Part shown: piece after piece, positions 19,965-30,581 of the stretch | Numbering within the stretch: position 1 is the first letter of the stretch | How the letters are laid out: the number at the start of each line of letters is the position of its first letter | From: an uncultured Candidatus Saccharibacteria bacterium | GTDB taxonomy: Bacteria > Patescibacteriota > Doudnabacteria > UBA920 | DNA length: 64,000 bases | NCBI GenBank assembly: GCA_964473815.1 | Contig: CAYYQK010000004.1 | Span: 4,493 to 68,492, forward strand | Direction of reading: 5' to 3' | Notes under the pieces: generated by a model | Told to the model about the DNA's origin: nothing | Databases searched by the model: none | Seen by the model: the letters and a program-made list of their open reading frames with translations, nothing else | Translations under genes and position numbers: made by a program

Positions 19965-21824
19965 ATGAAACGAGATAACATCCGCAACGTTGCCATCATT
20001 GCACACGTTGACCACGGTAAAACCACTCTGGTCGACGCGATGCTTAAACAGACCGACACTGTTAAAGACAGTGGCGCTGATTTAATTATGGACAGTGGCG
20101 ATCTTGAACGCGAACGCGGCATTACCATTACTGCCAAAAATGCCTCTGTAGTTTACAAAGGTACAAAAATCAATATTGTTGATACTCCTGGTCACGCTGA
20201 CTTTGGCGGTGAAGTGGAACGTACTCTAAAAATGGCTGATGGCGTGCTTCTATTAGTAGACGCCAAAGAAGGCCCAATGCCTCAGACCAAATTCGTGCTG
20301 AAGAAAGCATTGGAACTTGGGCACCAAGCTATTGTGGTCATTAATAAAGTAGATAAACCAGAAGCTCAGGTTGATGAAGTCATCAATAAAACTTTTGATT
20401 TGTTTGTTTCCTTGAATGCCACTGACACCCAACTCGACTTCCCTATTTTGTATGCTTCCGGTATTAACGGAGTTGCGCACACTGAATTGCAACCAGTTCT
20501 GGATGCGGTGAAGTCTAAAGACACAGGAGCAACTCTTCCAAACGACGAACATAATATTATCCCGGTGTTCGAAGCAATCATCGAACACATTCCTGCTCCT
20601 GATGTTGCCCCGGAAGATCCGTTTGGTGTTTTGATCTTGGCACTTCGCTACGATAACTACAAAGGTAAAATTGGCGTTGGAAAAATCACTTCCGGTTCTG
20701 TTAAAAAGGCTCAAGGTGTTGTTCGTTTTGATCGTGAAGGAAACAAAACTACAGGCAAAATTACTTCTCTACAAATGTACGAAGGCTTGCTTCCTGTAGA
20801 GGTTGATGAAGCTCAAGCTGGTGACATTGTGGCATTGGGTGGTTTTGACGGAATTTCCATTGGCGATACTATCGCTGACAGCGTGAACGGCGTGCAAATC
20901 CCTCCGGTTGAAATTGAACAACCTACTATTAAAATGACTTTTGGTGTTAATACTTCCCCATTCGCAGGTCGTGAAGGAACTTTGTTAACTTCCCGCCAAA
21001 TTAAAGACCGTCTCGATCGTGAATTAGAAACTAACGTTGCATTACGCGTTGAACAATCTACTGAAAGTGGTGATGCGTTCATGGTTTCTGGTCGTGGTGA
21101 ACTTCACTTGGGTGTGTTAATCGAAACTATGCGCCGCGAAGGTTTTGAAATGCAAGTTTCTCAACCACAGGTTATCTTCCATGAAGAAAATGGCGTTAAA
21201 CTTGAACCTTACGAAGTCCTTTCTGTTGATGTGCCTAGTGAACATCAGGGTGTGGTAATTGAAGAAGTTGGCAAACGCGGTGGTGAATTGCAGCATATGG
21301 ACAGCAATGCCAGTGGCGAAATTCACGCTGAATATATTATTCCAACTCGCGGATTGATTGGTTTAAAAAACTTGTTGCTGACTCGAACCCGCGGTACTGC
21401 TATTATTAACAACTTGTTCGACAGCTTTAAGCCTGTACACGATATTGATTTGCGCAGTAATGAGCACGGTTCAATTATTGCCTCTGATAGCGGCTCGGCC
21501 TTAGCTTACGGTTTGAACAATGCCCAAGGTCGTGGCGTGCTATTCATTGGTCCGGCAACAGAAGTTTACGAAGGTATGGTTGTTGGAATTAATGCTTTGG
21601 ACTCTGACCTTGAAGTAAACGTAACTAAGGGTAAGAAGCTGACCAACATGCGTGCTTCTGGTTCAGACTCGAGTATTATTTTGACTCCGCCGAAAGAAGT
21701 AACTTTGGACTTTGCCTTGGAATACATTGGCCCTGATGAATTAGTAGAAGTAACGCCGCAAAGCATTCGCATCCGCAAAAAATTCCTGACTCTGAACGAA
21801 CGCAAAAAAGACAAACGTGCTTAA
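19965..21824 (+). CDS. typA: Translational GTPase TypA/BipA
   Basis: IAHVDHGKTT, ERGITI, GRGELHL, KKLTNMRASG. Confidence 0.97.
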   Translation: MKRDNIRNVAIIAHVDHGKTTLVDAMLKQTDTVKDSGADLIMDSGDLERERGITITAKNASVVYKGTKINIVDTPGHADFGGEVERTLKMADGVLLLVDAKEGPMPQTKFVLKKALELGHQAIVVINKVDKPEAQVDEVINKTFDLFVSLNATDTQLDFPILYASGINGVAHTELQPVLDAVKSKDTGATLPNDEHNIIPVFEAIIEHIPAPDVAPEDPFGVLILALRYDNYKGKIGVGKITSGSVKKAQGVVRFDREGNKTTGKITSLQMYEGLLPVEVDEAQAGDIVALGGFDGISIGDTIADSVNGVQIPPVEIEQPTIKMTFGVNTSPFAGREGTLLTSRQIKDRLDRELETNVALRVEQSTESGDAFMVSGRGELHLGVLIETMRREGFEMQVSQPQVIFHEENGVKLEPYEVLSVDVPSEHQGVVIEEVGKRGGELQHMDSNASGEIHAEYIIPTRGLIGLKNLLLTRTRGTAIINNLFDSFKPVHDIDLRSNEHGSIIASDSGSALAYGLNNAQGRGVLFIGPATEVYEGMVVGINALDSDLEVNVTKGKKLTNMRASGSDSSIILTPPKEVTLDFALEYIGPDELVEVTPQSIRIRKKFLTLNERKKDKRA

Positions 21825-21832
21825 GCAAATTT

Positions 21833-21856
21833 AAAACCGCCCAACTGGGCGGTTTT
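21833..21856 (+). terminator. Intrinsic terminator
   Basis: aaaaccgccc-aact-gggcggtttt. Confidence 0.8.
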
Positions 21857-21917
21857 ATCATTTTGACTAAAATCAGGTATAATTAAGTAAATAACTCGGA
21901 GGGAGAAACAAAAAACC

Positions 21918-23123
21918 ATGATTAAACCAAAATGGCGCTACTGGCTGATCTTGCCGGCTCTAGCCCTTACCGCAACCTCGGTATTCGGCTATATGGTCGT
22001 TGCCAAAGGTCAGACCCAAATCGGCGAAGACCTGCAGAACAAAGTTTGGCAAACTATTATAGACAAAGGCTTCGGGGACGCCCGCACTACTTCGACATCC
22101 TTTGTTTATTCTGATAGTACCAAATACAAGTTTAAGCCATCGAACTTTGCTACGCCGAATGACCCAATGTCACCTGATGAAGCTGCCCGACTTGATTCCC
22201 AATATTCGTTCACAATTTCTGGAATGAATTTTGGAGTACGATCCAATGGTTATACCGATATGAGCAATATCGAATTCCCTCTTACTGACACACACTTAGA
22301 TGCTTGGTTTGGTAACAATGGCAAAAAATATTCAGCTGGTGGAGATCTGAAGCTAAAGGAAACCGAAGCGTACGTTAAATATAACTACAACAACGATTTA
22401 AAGGATTTTGTTTTGCAGTATGCTGGCGGAACTCGGTTTGATTCAAATAAAAATCAATGGATTCAAATTAACGACCCCTACCGCTTAGACGATCTTCGCA
22501 AAACTCTAACGGAGTTTTTAAAGCCTGAGCAGAACCTTGAGTTTGATCAAATTTTAAAGGATAACCGCCTGTTTGATATCAAAGGAATTAAAGGCGCTAA
22601 AATAATTGACGGTAAAGCAACTGTGCAATACGATTTGGCTTTGAACAAAGATCGGTTGCGTAATGTAGTTTCGCAAAGCATTGATATGGATCAGTACTCC
22701 AGCCAGGATGATAAAGATTTCGGGAAACAGTTGGCCTTTGCATTAATAGATAAAATTCAGGTTCGTAAATTCAGTGCGTGGATTGGTGTGAGTGACCAGA
22801 AACTATACAAGATGAGTATCAGCAGTAATGCTATCTCTGTCGCAGAAACCTTGGCGCAGTTTGAAAAAGCAATCAAGAACCCAAAAAATTCAGTAGGCGC
22901 AATTGGTAGCCCGTTTGATGAAGATCAAGGAATGAAGCGAGCTGTATTGGATACTGTGAAGAACATGCAATTCAAAGCCAAAATTCAGATCGAATATTCT
23001 GCAAAGAACATTGGTAAGCAGCAAGAAATTAAAGCTCCAAGTAAATTTGTAAGAGCTACAATGAGCATGTATAGTTCATTGCGAACTTTTGCAGGAGACA
23101 TTAAATTATTTAAATTCAAATAA
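21918..23123 (+). CDS. Membrane-anchored or secreted hypothetical protein
   Basis: 401-aa ORF with N-terminal hydrophobic segment. Confidence 0.7.
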   Translation: MIKPKWRYWLILPALALTATSVFGYMVVAKGQTQIGEDLQNKVWQTIIDKGFGDARTTSTSFVYSDSTKYKFKPSNFATPNDPMSPDEAARLDSQYSFTISGMNFGVRSNGYTDMSNIEFPLTDTHLDAWFGNNGKKYSAGGDLKLKETEAYVKYNYNNDLKDFVLQYAGGTRFDSNKNQWIQINDPYRLDDLRKTLTEFLKPEQNLEFDQILKDNRLFDIKGIKGAKIIDGKATVQYDLALNKDRLRNVVSQSIDMDQYSSQDDKDFGKQLAFALIDKIQVRKFSAWIGVSDQKLYKMSISSNAISVAETLAQFEKAIKNPKNSVGAIGSPFDEDQGMKRAVLDTVKNMQFKAKIQIEYSAKNIGKQQEIKAPSKFVRATMSMYSSLRTFAGDIKLFKFK

Positions 23124-23134
23124 TCTGTAATATT

Positions 23135-23164
23135 AAAAAACCGCCCAGCGATGGGCGGTTTTTT
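23135..23164. terminator. Bidirectional terminator
   Basis: aaaaaaccgccca-gcga-tgggcggtttttt between convergent genes. Confidence 0.8.
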
Positions 23165-23174
23165 AATTTTTACA

Positions 23175-24185
23175 TTATTTCATCAAGTCAACATTATTAA
23201 ATACTTGTTTACACATTGATGGTATGGATTTCATATCCTCATTAAGTAGTTTAAGATTGGATGCATTTGTCTGATTAAACTGGGCTAATTCATCCTGGGT
23301 AGGATGGGTCATGGCGAAAGCTTTTTTACTTGATTTATTTACTTTTACAACGTAAGAGTAAATATCGTTTAGAGCTTTAGTACAAACCTTGATTGATTTG
23401 TCATTTGAATAGTTTTGTAAATTGACACATTCTTCAAAAGAGCCAGGATTTTGATCGCCAATACTTTCGATTGCTGTTTCAAGATCAGCATTCCTAGTTT
23501 TGTAGGCTAAAGTAATGTTATCATGCAGAACTTTGAAAGCACTATCTTTATTTACCCCGCTCCGAATATATTCCTTATATTGGTTTTCGTACTTTCTCGC
23601 GGAGTCCGAATAAGTCTTTTCGATTGTAGCCATCTTCTTATTTAAAGTAGCGGAGAGGGTTGTATAAGTTTTGATACAGGATTTGTCTAAGTTAGTTGGA
23701 TCTTGAGCGCCTTTTACATCCCCGCCGTTGTCGCTAGGTTTTACACAATCGTGCTTTTGGGGTTGTGGTTGCCCTTTCAAATCTGCGACTGCGGTTTTGC
23801 GATCTTGTTGCAATTTAGTCATAGCATCTTTGAAAGCTAGGCTAGCAGCTTTTTTCTCATCTGGAGTGGTGGCATTTTTGCGAGCTTCTTTGAAAGTGTC
23901 AAAAGCAGCTTTACGGGCTGTTTTTGCATCAGCTTCAATCTGTTTTAACTTAGTCTTTTGTTCAGCGCGAAATTGTTTAATTTTTTCTACGTCTCCTAAG
24001 CGGCACTTTGCCACGTCACTCCGGTGTTCGCCACCAATTAAAGGAACTCGAGAATGGTCCTCAGTTGTGGTGTTTGAATCTGTCTCAGTCCCGTCATGAG
24101 CGAAAGCCAATTGTGCTCCAAATCCAGGTATTAGCATGCTTAGCATGGCAAATACCACGAGAGTGGATTTAAAATATCTAATCAT
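23175..24185 (-). CDS. Secreted helical/coiled-coil hypothetical protein
   Basis: Signal peptide ending AFA; Lys/Ala-rich helices; spaced Cys residues. Confidence 0.7.
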   Translation of the reverse strand: MIRYFKSTLVVFAMLSMLIPGFGAQLAFAHDGTETDSNTTTEDHSRVPLIGGEHRSDVAKCRLGDVEKIKQFRAEQKTKLKQIEADAKTARKAAFDTFKEARKNATTPDEKKAASLAFKDAMTKLQQDRKTAVADLKGQPQPQKHDCVKPSDNGGDVKGAQDPTNLDKSCIKTYTTLSATLNKKMATIEKTYSDSARKYENQYKEYIRSGVNKDSAFKVLHDNITLAYKTRNADLETAIESIGDQNPGSFEECVNLQNYSNDKSIKVCTKALNDIYSYVVKVNKSSKKAFAMTHPTQDELAQFNQTNASNLKLLNEDMKSIPSMCKQVFNNVDLMK

Positions 24186-24246
24186 TTTTGTTTGGTTAAT
24201 TATTGATTACATTATATCACTGTTCAGCGTGATTTAGACGTTGAAT

Positions 24247-25179
24247 TTAGATGTCTGCGATGATGAGGTCTAAGATGACCTGCGGCGGCATAGAGCCGGT
24301 TTTAAGTTCTCTGTCGAGATTCTCGAGTTTGGCCAGTGAACTTTTTAGTTGCCCAGATGAAAAGTTTCTTGATAATTTCTTTAGCACGTATAGCCTGCCG
24401 CTCTTCCAACCAGTTAGGTCAAGAATTTTTTCATCTGGAAGGTTTCTATTGGAGGCGTCGTTAATAACAAGAAGACTGCGGAATTGGTCGGATAATAACG
24501 CAGCGACTTTAATGGCATTACTCTTTTCGTCAGCAGTTTCAGTTTCGAAAAATTGTTCAAGCATTTGTAATGCTAGTTTTTTATTTTTCGTTGCAATGGC
24601 GTTGAGCAGAGCAAAAATGTCGACGCCAGTAATATTTTCGGTTAACTCCCCTACCATTGCAGTGGTGATAGTTTTGCCGTTAGCAAAACTTTGTAATTTC
24701 TGAAGTTCGTTTTGCGCGCGAGCAACATTTAAACTTGAGTCTTCATTTTCTAGCAGCGCGGTTGCGAGCGCGCGAGCTGCTGCCGGCTCAATAGCAATAT
24801 TATGTTCTTTCGCAAATTTCAAAATCCAATCTGCTGATAGAGCAGAACCAACCGGCGCATCAAAATTTAAAACCAAAACCCGGCTGTCTTTTAAAAATTC
24901 AGTATTAACTTTTTTACGTTTATCAATATTTTCTTCAACTATAAATACCTGACATTCACCCACTTGGTCGATAAAATTTTCAGCATCAATATTCTTCCAA
25001 GCTCCGTCTAAAACGACAATTTTTGGAGCGCCAAAAAGCTGTGGCTCAAAATGCCTGCTTAAGCCAGATAATTCACTAGACTCGTCTAAAACGACCAAAT
25101 CTGCCTTAAATTTGACTGCGGAATCAGCAATATGAGCTTTCTTGGCTATTGAGTTATTTCCGAGCAAAACAGTAATCAT
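24247..25179 (-). CDS. holA: DNA polymerase III delta subunit
   Basis: LFG..KIVVL, NELQKL, IFALLNAI, LDRELKTG. Confidence 0.85.
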   Translation of the reverse strand: MITVLLGNNSIAKKAHIADSAVKFKADLVVLDESSELSGLSRHFEPQLFGAPKIVVLDGAWKNIDAENFIDQVGECQVFIVEENIDKRKKVNTEFLKDSRVLVLNFDAPVGSALSADWILKFAKEHNIAIEPAAARALATALLENEDSSLNVARAQNELQKLQSFANGKTITTAMVGELTENITGVDIFALLNAIATKNKKLALQMLEQFFETETADEKSNAIKVAALLSDQFRSLLVINDASNRNLPDEKILDLTGWKSGRLYVLKKLSRNFSSGQLKSSLAKLENLDRELKTGSMPPQVILDLIIADI

Positions 25180-25274
25180 ATTGGGCATTATAACATGGCC
25201 AGAAATCCCCAATTAGGCGTTGCATTTATTTGCGGAATCCTTTAAAATGAGGCAGCTACGTAAAAAAGCTCTGA

Positions 25275-25351
25275 GCACCCGTAGCTCAACTGGATAGAGT
25301 GTCCGGCTTCGAACCGGGAGGTTGCAGGTTCGAGTCCTGCCGGGTGTACCA
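25275..25351 (+). tRNA. tRNA-Arg(TCG)
   Basis: Cloverleaf; anticodon loop cttcgaa; GTTCGA; encoded CCA. Confidence 0.95.
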
Positions 25352-25428
25352 TCTAATTTAATATAAATAAAAAGCCGTCGCGCGAAAAAACTGCGCAACG
25401 GCTTCGACAGAAAAGATTGTCGGTCGGA

Positions 25429-25557
25429 CTAGACATAGGGGCTGATGTACGGAGCCCATTGTGACGATGTGAAAGTAAGAACAGCGAAAATGCTGATCAT
25501 GCCGCCAACCACCCAGCTTGTTGCTGAGATTCCGAGATAACTCTTTCTGTTCTGCAT
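25429..25557 (-). CDS. Small (42 aa) single-TM protein
   Basis: AGGAG upstream of ATG; hydrophobic core. Confidence 0.45.
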   Translation of the reverse strand: MQNRKSYLGISATSWVVGGMISIFAVLTFTSSQWAPYISPYV

Positions 25558-25677
25558 ATTCTCTCCTGTTTTGTAAAAGTTAATCCAGACTATTGAAAGC
25601 CCAGACAAAGTAATTATATCGCAAGAGCGATTATTCATCCTACTTTATTTATCAACAACTGTCAATAAAACCGCATT

Positions 25678-26355
25678 ATGCAAGCAGTAATTTTGGCAGC
25701 AGGCAAAGGTTTGCGTCTGCGCCCGTTCACAGAACACCACCCAAAACCGTTAATTCCAATTGCTGACAAAGCACTAATTGAATACACTATCGAATCTCTT
25801 CCTGATAGCATCAATGAAATCATTATTGTCATTGGTTATTTAGGTGAGCAAATTAAAGCTCATTTAGGTGACAACTGGAAGGGCAAGCCAATTAAATATG
25901 TTGTGCAGGAAAATTTGGTAGGTACCGGTGATGCATTGCTGCAAGCTAAAGATTTATTGCGCGGCGATTTCTTAGTTGTTAATGGTGATGACCTTTATAC
26001 CAAAGCAGACCTAACACAACTTTTGGAACATGATTTAAGCATGCTCGCCTGGCAACGCAGCGTGCCTTATGAGTTTGGTTTGAAAATTACCGCAGACAAT
26101 ACCTTAGTTGGCTTTGATCCGGAATCATCTTTAGTTAATTGCGGTGCTTACAAATTGAATCTCTCTTTTTTTGATAATCCCCTGGCAACAGTCACTGTGC
26201 ATGACAAGACAGAATACAGCTTGCCGCATACTTTAGTTGCAATGGCTGTGCAAATAACAGTTGTGGTTGTGCCAGCAACCCATTGGTTGCCTGTTGGCAC
26301 GCCGCAGCAGCATCAGTTTGCAAACGATTACTACGTACGCAAATTCCAGAGCTAA
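25678..26355 (+). CDS. Sugar-phosphate nucleotidyltransferase (NTP_transferase)
   Basis: AVILAAGKGLRLRPFT..PKPL, GTGDAL, VNGDD. Confidence 0.88.
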   Translation: MQAVILAAGKGLRLRPFTEHHPKPLIPIADKALIEYTIESLPDSINEIIIVIGYLGEQIKAHLGDNWKGKPIKYVVQENLVGTGDALLQAKDLLRGDFLVVNGDDLYTKADLTQLLEHDLSMLAWQRSVPYEFGLKITADNTLVGFDPESSLVNCGAYKLNLSFFDNPLATVTVHDKTEYSLPHTLVAMAVQITVVVVPATHWLPVGTPQQHQFANDYYVRKFQS

Positions 26356-26480
26356 AGTTAGGGGAAAACTGGCCAAATATTGGGCAAAAATTGGCTGGAC
26401 AAAACTTCATAAAAACGCTATGCTTATCTATCCATTTCCTTTGTAATTGGATAGATTTTTTAAATTTCCGGGAGGATTTT

Positions 26481-27812
26481 ATGATCGAAAACACCGAACC
26501 GGGCTTGGATGGTCAAATCCCCCCGGCTAATGGAAAACTTGGTATTTTACTCGTCGGATTGGGGGCTGTATCAACAACCCTCGTCGCAGGAGTCGAGGCA
26601 GTTAAACTAGGCATCAAAGAACCAGTAGGATCACTCACTCAAATGGGTACAATCCGGTTGGGTCTTCGTACCGACAATAAGCAGCCGCTAATCAAAGATT
26701 TTGTTCCGCTAGCCTCGCTCGACGATATCGTCTTCGGAGCGTGGGACATTTTTAACGACACGGCTTATGATTCGGCGATGAACGCCGGTGTCTTGGATAA
26801 AGATTTGCTCAACCAAATCTCCGAGCCGCTTTCTTCGCTCAAACCCATGTCCGCTGTTTTTGAACAGAACTATGTTAAGCGCCTTCACGGCGAAAACGTA
26901 AAGAAGGGAAAGAACAAGATGGACCTGGCCTCACAACTGATGGTCGACATCGCGAAGTTCAAGACCGATAACAACTGTGACCGACTGGTCATGTTGTGGG
27001 CAGCCTCTACTGAGATCTTCATTGAGGAGAGCGATGTCCATGCCGATCTTAATTCGTTCGAGTCTGCAATGTATGACGACGATCCCAGGATCGCGCCATC
27101 GATGATCTACGCTTACGCGGCTCTTAAGTCTGGCATTCCGTTTATTAACGGCGCGCCAAATCTGACTGTGGACATACCCGCTCTGCGAGATCTCGCCGAC
27201 AAGATGAGTGTTCCGATCTGCGGTAAGGATTTTAAGACAGGCCAGACGCTCATGAAGACCATTATCGCGCCAGGCCTGAAGGCGCGAATGATTGGGCTCG
27301 ATGGTTGGTATTCCACCAACATCCTCGGCAATCGAGACGGCGAAGTTCTGGATGATCCGGAAAATTTCAAATCGAAAGAGGTGTCGAAGCTTTCCGTTCT
27401 CGAACACATCCTTCAACCGGATTTGTATCCCAGTCTATACAAGGATTTTACCCACGTTGTGCGGATCAATTACTATCCGCCGCGCGGGGACAACAAAGAA
27501 GGCTGGGACAACATTGATATCTTCGGATGGCTCGGCTACAAGATGCAGATCAAGATCGATTTTCTATGTAAGGACTCGATCCTCGCTGCACCCGTCGCTT
27601 TCGACCTAGTACTGTTTATGGACTTAGCTCAACGGGCTGGAATGAAAGGAATTCAGGAGTGGCTCTCCTTTTACTTCAAGTGCCCGCAAACCGCGCCAGG
27701 TTTATATCCAGAGCACGATCTGTTCATACAGCTCATGAAGCTCAAGAACACGCTCAGGCATATGATGGGAGAAAAAGAAATCACCCATCTCGGCCTCGAA
27801 TACTACGATTAG
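26481..27812 (+). CDS. ino1: myo-inositol-1-phosphate synthase
   Basis: LVGLGAVSTT, MLWAASTE, GKDFKTGQT, NILGNRDG, DSILAAP; GGAGG before the ATG at 26481. Confidence 0.93.
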   Translation: MIENTEPGLDGQIPPANGKLGILLVGLGAVSTTLVAGVEAVKLGIKEPVGSLTQMGTIRLGLRTDNKQPLIKDFVPLASLDDIVFGAWDIFNDTAYDSAMNAGVLDKDLLNQISEPLSSLKPMSAVFEQNYVKRLHGENVKKGKNKMDLASQLMVDIAKFKTDNNCDRLVMLWAASTEIFIEESDVHADLNSFESAMYDDDPRIAPSMIYAYAALKSGIPFINGAPNLTVDIPALRDLADKMSVPICGKDFKTGQTLMKTIIAPGLKARMIGLDGWYSTNILGNRDGEVLDDPENFKSKEVSKLSVLEHILQPDLYPSLYKDFTHVVRINYYPPRGDNKEGWDNIDIFGWLGYKMQIKIDFLCKDSILAAPVAFDLVLFMDLAQRAGMKGIQEWLSFYFKCPQTAPGLYPEHDLFIQLMKLKNTLRHMMGEKEITHLGLEYYD

Positions 27813-27938
27813 TTTCTTTTCTTGTTTTCGCAACACACCCGGCAAACGCTCCCACGTTTGCCGGCATTTTTTATTCTAATTTTCGCGCAAAAAACACGCC
27901 CATTTAGGCGTGCTTTATCAAACAGAACTAAATTATTT

Positions 27939-28014
<76 letters not shown>

Positions 28015-28056
28015 GCACCTTTTGTTACGTTATTTACAACGTAAAGTATAACAAAA

Positions 28057-28386
28057 TTAGCGGGACAAGTCAATGTTATCAGGTGGCGATGCGAACACCT
28101 CAGTCCCCGGAACTTTCTCAGGCACAAACCGTTGATTACTTTCTAAATTCCTTTCAATTTCTTGGTGCTGCTGCATATTCACGCGAACAATTTTGTCGTT
28201 TAAATTTGAGGCGTCAGCGTTAATCATCTTTAATTTTGTCCATTCACCCCAAAGCACCCAACCGAGGGCTAACAAAATAATAAACAAGTACAACCATACC
28301 CCCCAATTCAGGCGGAATTTAATGTTCTTCAAGAACGGAACATCTTTAATACTTTTTGCTGATAAATTAATATTTGGTAATTTCAT
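28057..28386 (-). CDS. Single-TM protein at end of pil operon
   Basis: Overlaps the stop of the pilO-like gene. Confidence 0.65.
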   Translation of the reverse strand: MKLPNINLSAKSIKDVPFLKNIKFRLNWGVWLYLFIILLALGWVLWGEWTKLKMINADASNLNDKIVRVNMQQHQEIERNLESNQRFVPEKVPGTEVFASPPDNIDLSR

Positions 28387-28934
28387 TTCTTTATAAAGAA
28401 TTCTGAAGAAATTAAAGTAGTAGTTTTGTTCTTATCACCAACTTTTACGGAAATATTTTGGGTATGGGTAACAAAAGGCATGTGCTCAGCTGCTTGCATA
28501 AATTGAATCGCATTACCAAAATTACCATCTAAAGTTAGAGTGTATGGGACAGTGTATAGTTCTGAAGCGGTATTAGGAACCCGCAGGGCTGTTTTTTGAG
28601 TCCCGGTTACCGACAACTTCATTTCTAAGCCATAGCGCTGCGCTGCATCTTCCATTTGTTGTATTTCTTTTACAACTTTAGTATCGCTGCTAAATAAATC
28701 CTCTGGTGGATACGCAGAATCTTTTAAATTTGCCAAATCTTTCTTCCCTTGTTCAAAACTGCGCTGTTCACGCTGCAAAACTTCTAGTTGTTTATGTTGT
28801 TCGGCGGCTCCATCTGCTAAAGTCTGATTCTTATCGCCCAAAATTTTATAACCAAATGTGAACATCAAAACCGCGAAGATAATAAATCCCACAATGACAA
28901 TAATAATTTTAGTCTTGTTAGTTACTCCGTTCAT
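28383..28934 (-). CDS. pilO: Type IV pilus alignment protein PilO-like
   Basis: TM + coiled coil + ferredoxin-like pattern (LTLDGNFGNAIQFM); follows pilMN. Confidence 0.7.
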   Translation of the reverse strand: MNGVTNKTKIIIVIVGFIIFAVLMFTFGYKILGDKNQTLADGAAEQHKQLEVLQREQRSFEQGKKDLANLKDSAYPPEDLFSSDTKVVKEIQQMEDAAQRYGLEMKLSVTGTQKTALRVPNTASELYTVPYTLTLDGNFGNAIQFMQAAEHMPFVTHTQNISVKVGDKNKTTTLISSEFFIKK

Positions 28935-29515
28935 TTTTTCTCAGCTTTTGCACCATCCTGACTCAATACACTTGGCACCACATTAAAAGTAAAATTAAAT
29001 GAGACATTTACCGGTTGAGCCACATTTTCCAAAGGGTAGTTAATATTTAGAAAGTGATCTTTATCTGCATTAATATTATTGTATAAATCAATGACCGATT
29101 CACGAGTTGGGCTGTAACCGCGAATCATAATTTCCTGTTTCACTGTATCTGCGGTCAACTGAGTTATTACAACCTGATGAGGTACATCATTTAAAAACGC
29201 AGCTACCACACTAGACCATTCGGGAGTTTGCGATGATAATTTTGCAAAGTCACTAATTTGCGCATTGGCTAACTGAATTTGCTTTTTAACATTGGCGTTT
29301 TCACTTTTATCTACTACTCCTTTAAGCTGCTCAATCTGCAAACTCACCGAGTCCATTGTGTGAGTAATATAAAGCCTAACCCCAAACTGCGCTAACACCC
29401 CCAATAAAAGCAGTACCACGCCCAAAGTCGCAGCTACAGATACACTATAGAGAACTTTTTCGTTCGCCAACTCCAGTTGGCGAGGTGCTGGTAATAAATT
29501 AATCCGCTTAGACAT
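28931..29515 (-). CDS. pilN: Type IV pilus protein PilN-like
   Basis: N-terminal INLLP motif, TM, coiled coil. Confidence 0.8.
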   Translation of the reverse strand: MSKRINLLPAPRQLELANEKVLYSVSVAATLGVVLLLLGVLAQFGVRLYITHTMDSVSLQIEQLKGVVDKSENANVKKQIQLANAQISDFAKLSSQTPEWSSVVAAFLNDVPHQVVITQLTADTVKQEIMIRGYSPTRESVIDLYNNINADKDHFLNINYPLENVAQPVNVSFNFTFNVVPSVLSQDGAKAEKK

Positions 29516-29522
29516 AATAAAA

Positions 29523-30581
29523 TTAATCCCCTAACCCCCACAATGCTAAGCCAATGGCAGTTGTAAAACTAAGGGCTTCGTATGGTGTTAAGTCTGAATT
29601 TTTTAAATGGGGAACATGCTCTAAAGGATTTGCAATCGTCACCTGCACAGGCGCATACTGTTCAAACAACGGTACCAGAGCCTCTGCCATATGCTTTAAT
29701 TTCGAACCGCCGCCAGTAATTAACACCTGATTAATATGCGTGTCTGAATGTTCATAATGGAATTTCAGTAGGTTTTTGATTTCCGCAGCCAAATCTTCAA
29801 TACTGGAATTCATGACAGTTTTCAAATTAGGATATTCTACAGTGTTGGCAAAACCAATATCACGCTTTAATTTTTCAGCCTTTTCTGGGGTAATTTTCAA
29901 AGCTTCTACAATGCGGTCAGTAAAATTATTGCCCGCAATTGGTACTGTCGAAGTAAATTCTAGAGCCGAATTTTCTACTATTATTAAAGCACTCTTAAAA
30001 GCATCCATATCTACAATTACAACAGGCTCGGCAACAGCATTGGGTACTAAGGCCCGAGTTACACTTTGCGCTTCAGCTTCAATGCCACAAAGCTTTAACC
30101 CAGCTGCTTCAATAATGTGCATGTATGTATCGACATATTCTTTTGGTGAAGCAATAACCAGAACATCCATGGTTTTACCCTTGCGTCGCAAAATTTGCCA
30201 GTCAAAATACACCTGATCAATCGGCAACGGAATATAACTTTCCGCTTCAAACATTACTGCCGTGGCCGCTGATTCATCATCCATATTGGTCATTTCAATG
30301 ACGCGCACAAATGATTTAGATTCCGGCACACTGATAACCACATGCTTAGTAGTAAAGCTTCCATTTTGTGGACTGGCAATAGTAGTTTTAATAAATTCAG
30401 TTAGTTTAGTCTGATCCAAAAAAGTGTCATTGTCGATTAAACCTTTTGATAATGTAGCGTTGGTGTAACCCTGCAAAGTAGTTTGGCCGTTGTGAAGATT
30501 AAACTGCAATGCCTTCACAGCGTGCATGTTAATATGCAAACCAATGTACTGATATTTCTTTTCAAAAAAATTCAATCGCAT
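29523..30581 (-). CDS. pilM: Type IV pilus assembly protein PilM
   Basis: FEAESYIPLP..VYFDW, TGGGSKL, TAIGLAL. Confidence 0.9.
   Translation of the reverse strand: MRLNFFEKKYQYIGLHINMHAVKALQFNLHNGQTTLQGYTNATLSKGLIDNDTFLDQTKLTEFIKTTIASPQNGSFTTKHVVISVPESKSFVRVIEMTNMDDESAATAVMFEAESYIPLPIDQVYFDWQILRRKGKTMDVLVIASPKEYVDTYMHIIEAAGLKLCGIEAEAQSVTRALVPNAVAEPVVIVDMDAFKSALIIVENSALEFTSTVPIAGNNFTDRIVEALKITPEKAEKLKRDIGFANTVEYPNLKTVMNSSIEDLAAEIKNLLKFHYEHSDTHINQVLITGGGSKLKHMAEALVPLFEQYAPVQVTIANPLEHVPHLKNSDLTPYEALSFTTAIGLALWGLGD

Noticed and set aside
25678-27812. Nucleotidyltransferase plus ino1 as a di-myo-inositol-phosphate pathway
   Set aside because: No CDP-alcohol phosphotransferase nearby, the two genes differ in composition, and the transferase looks generic.
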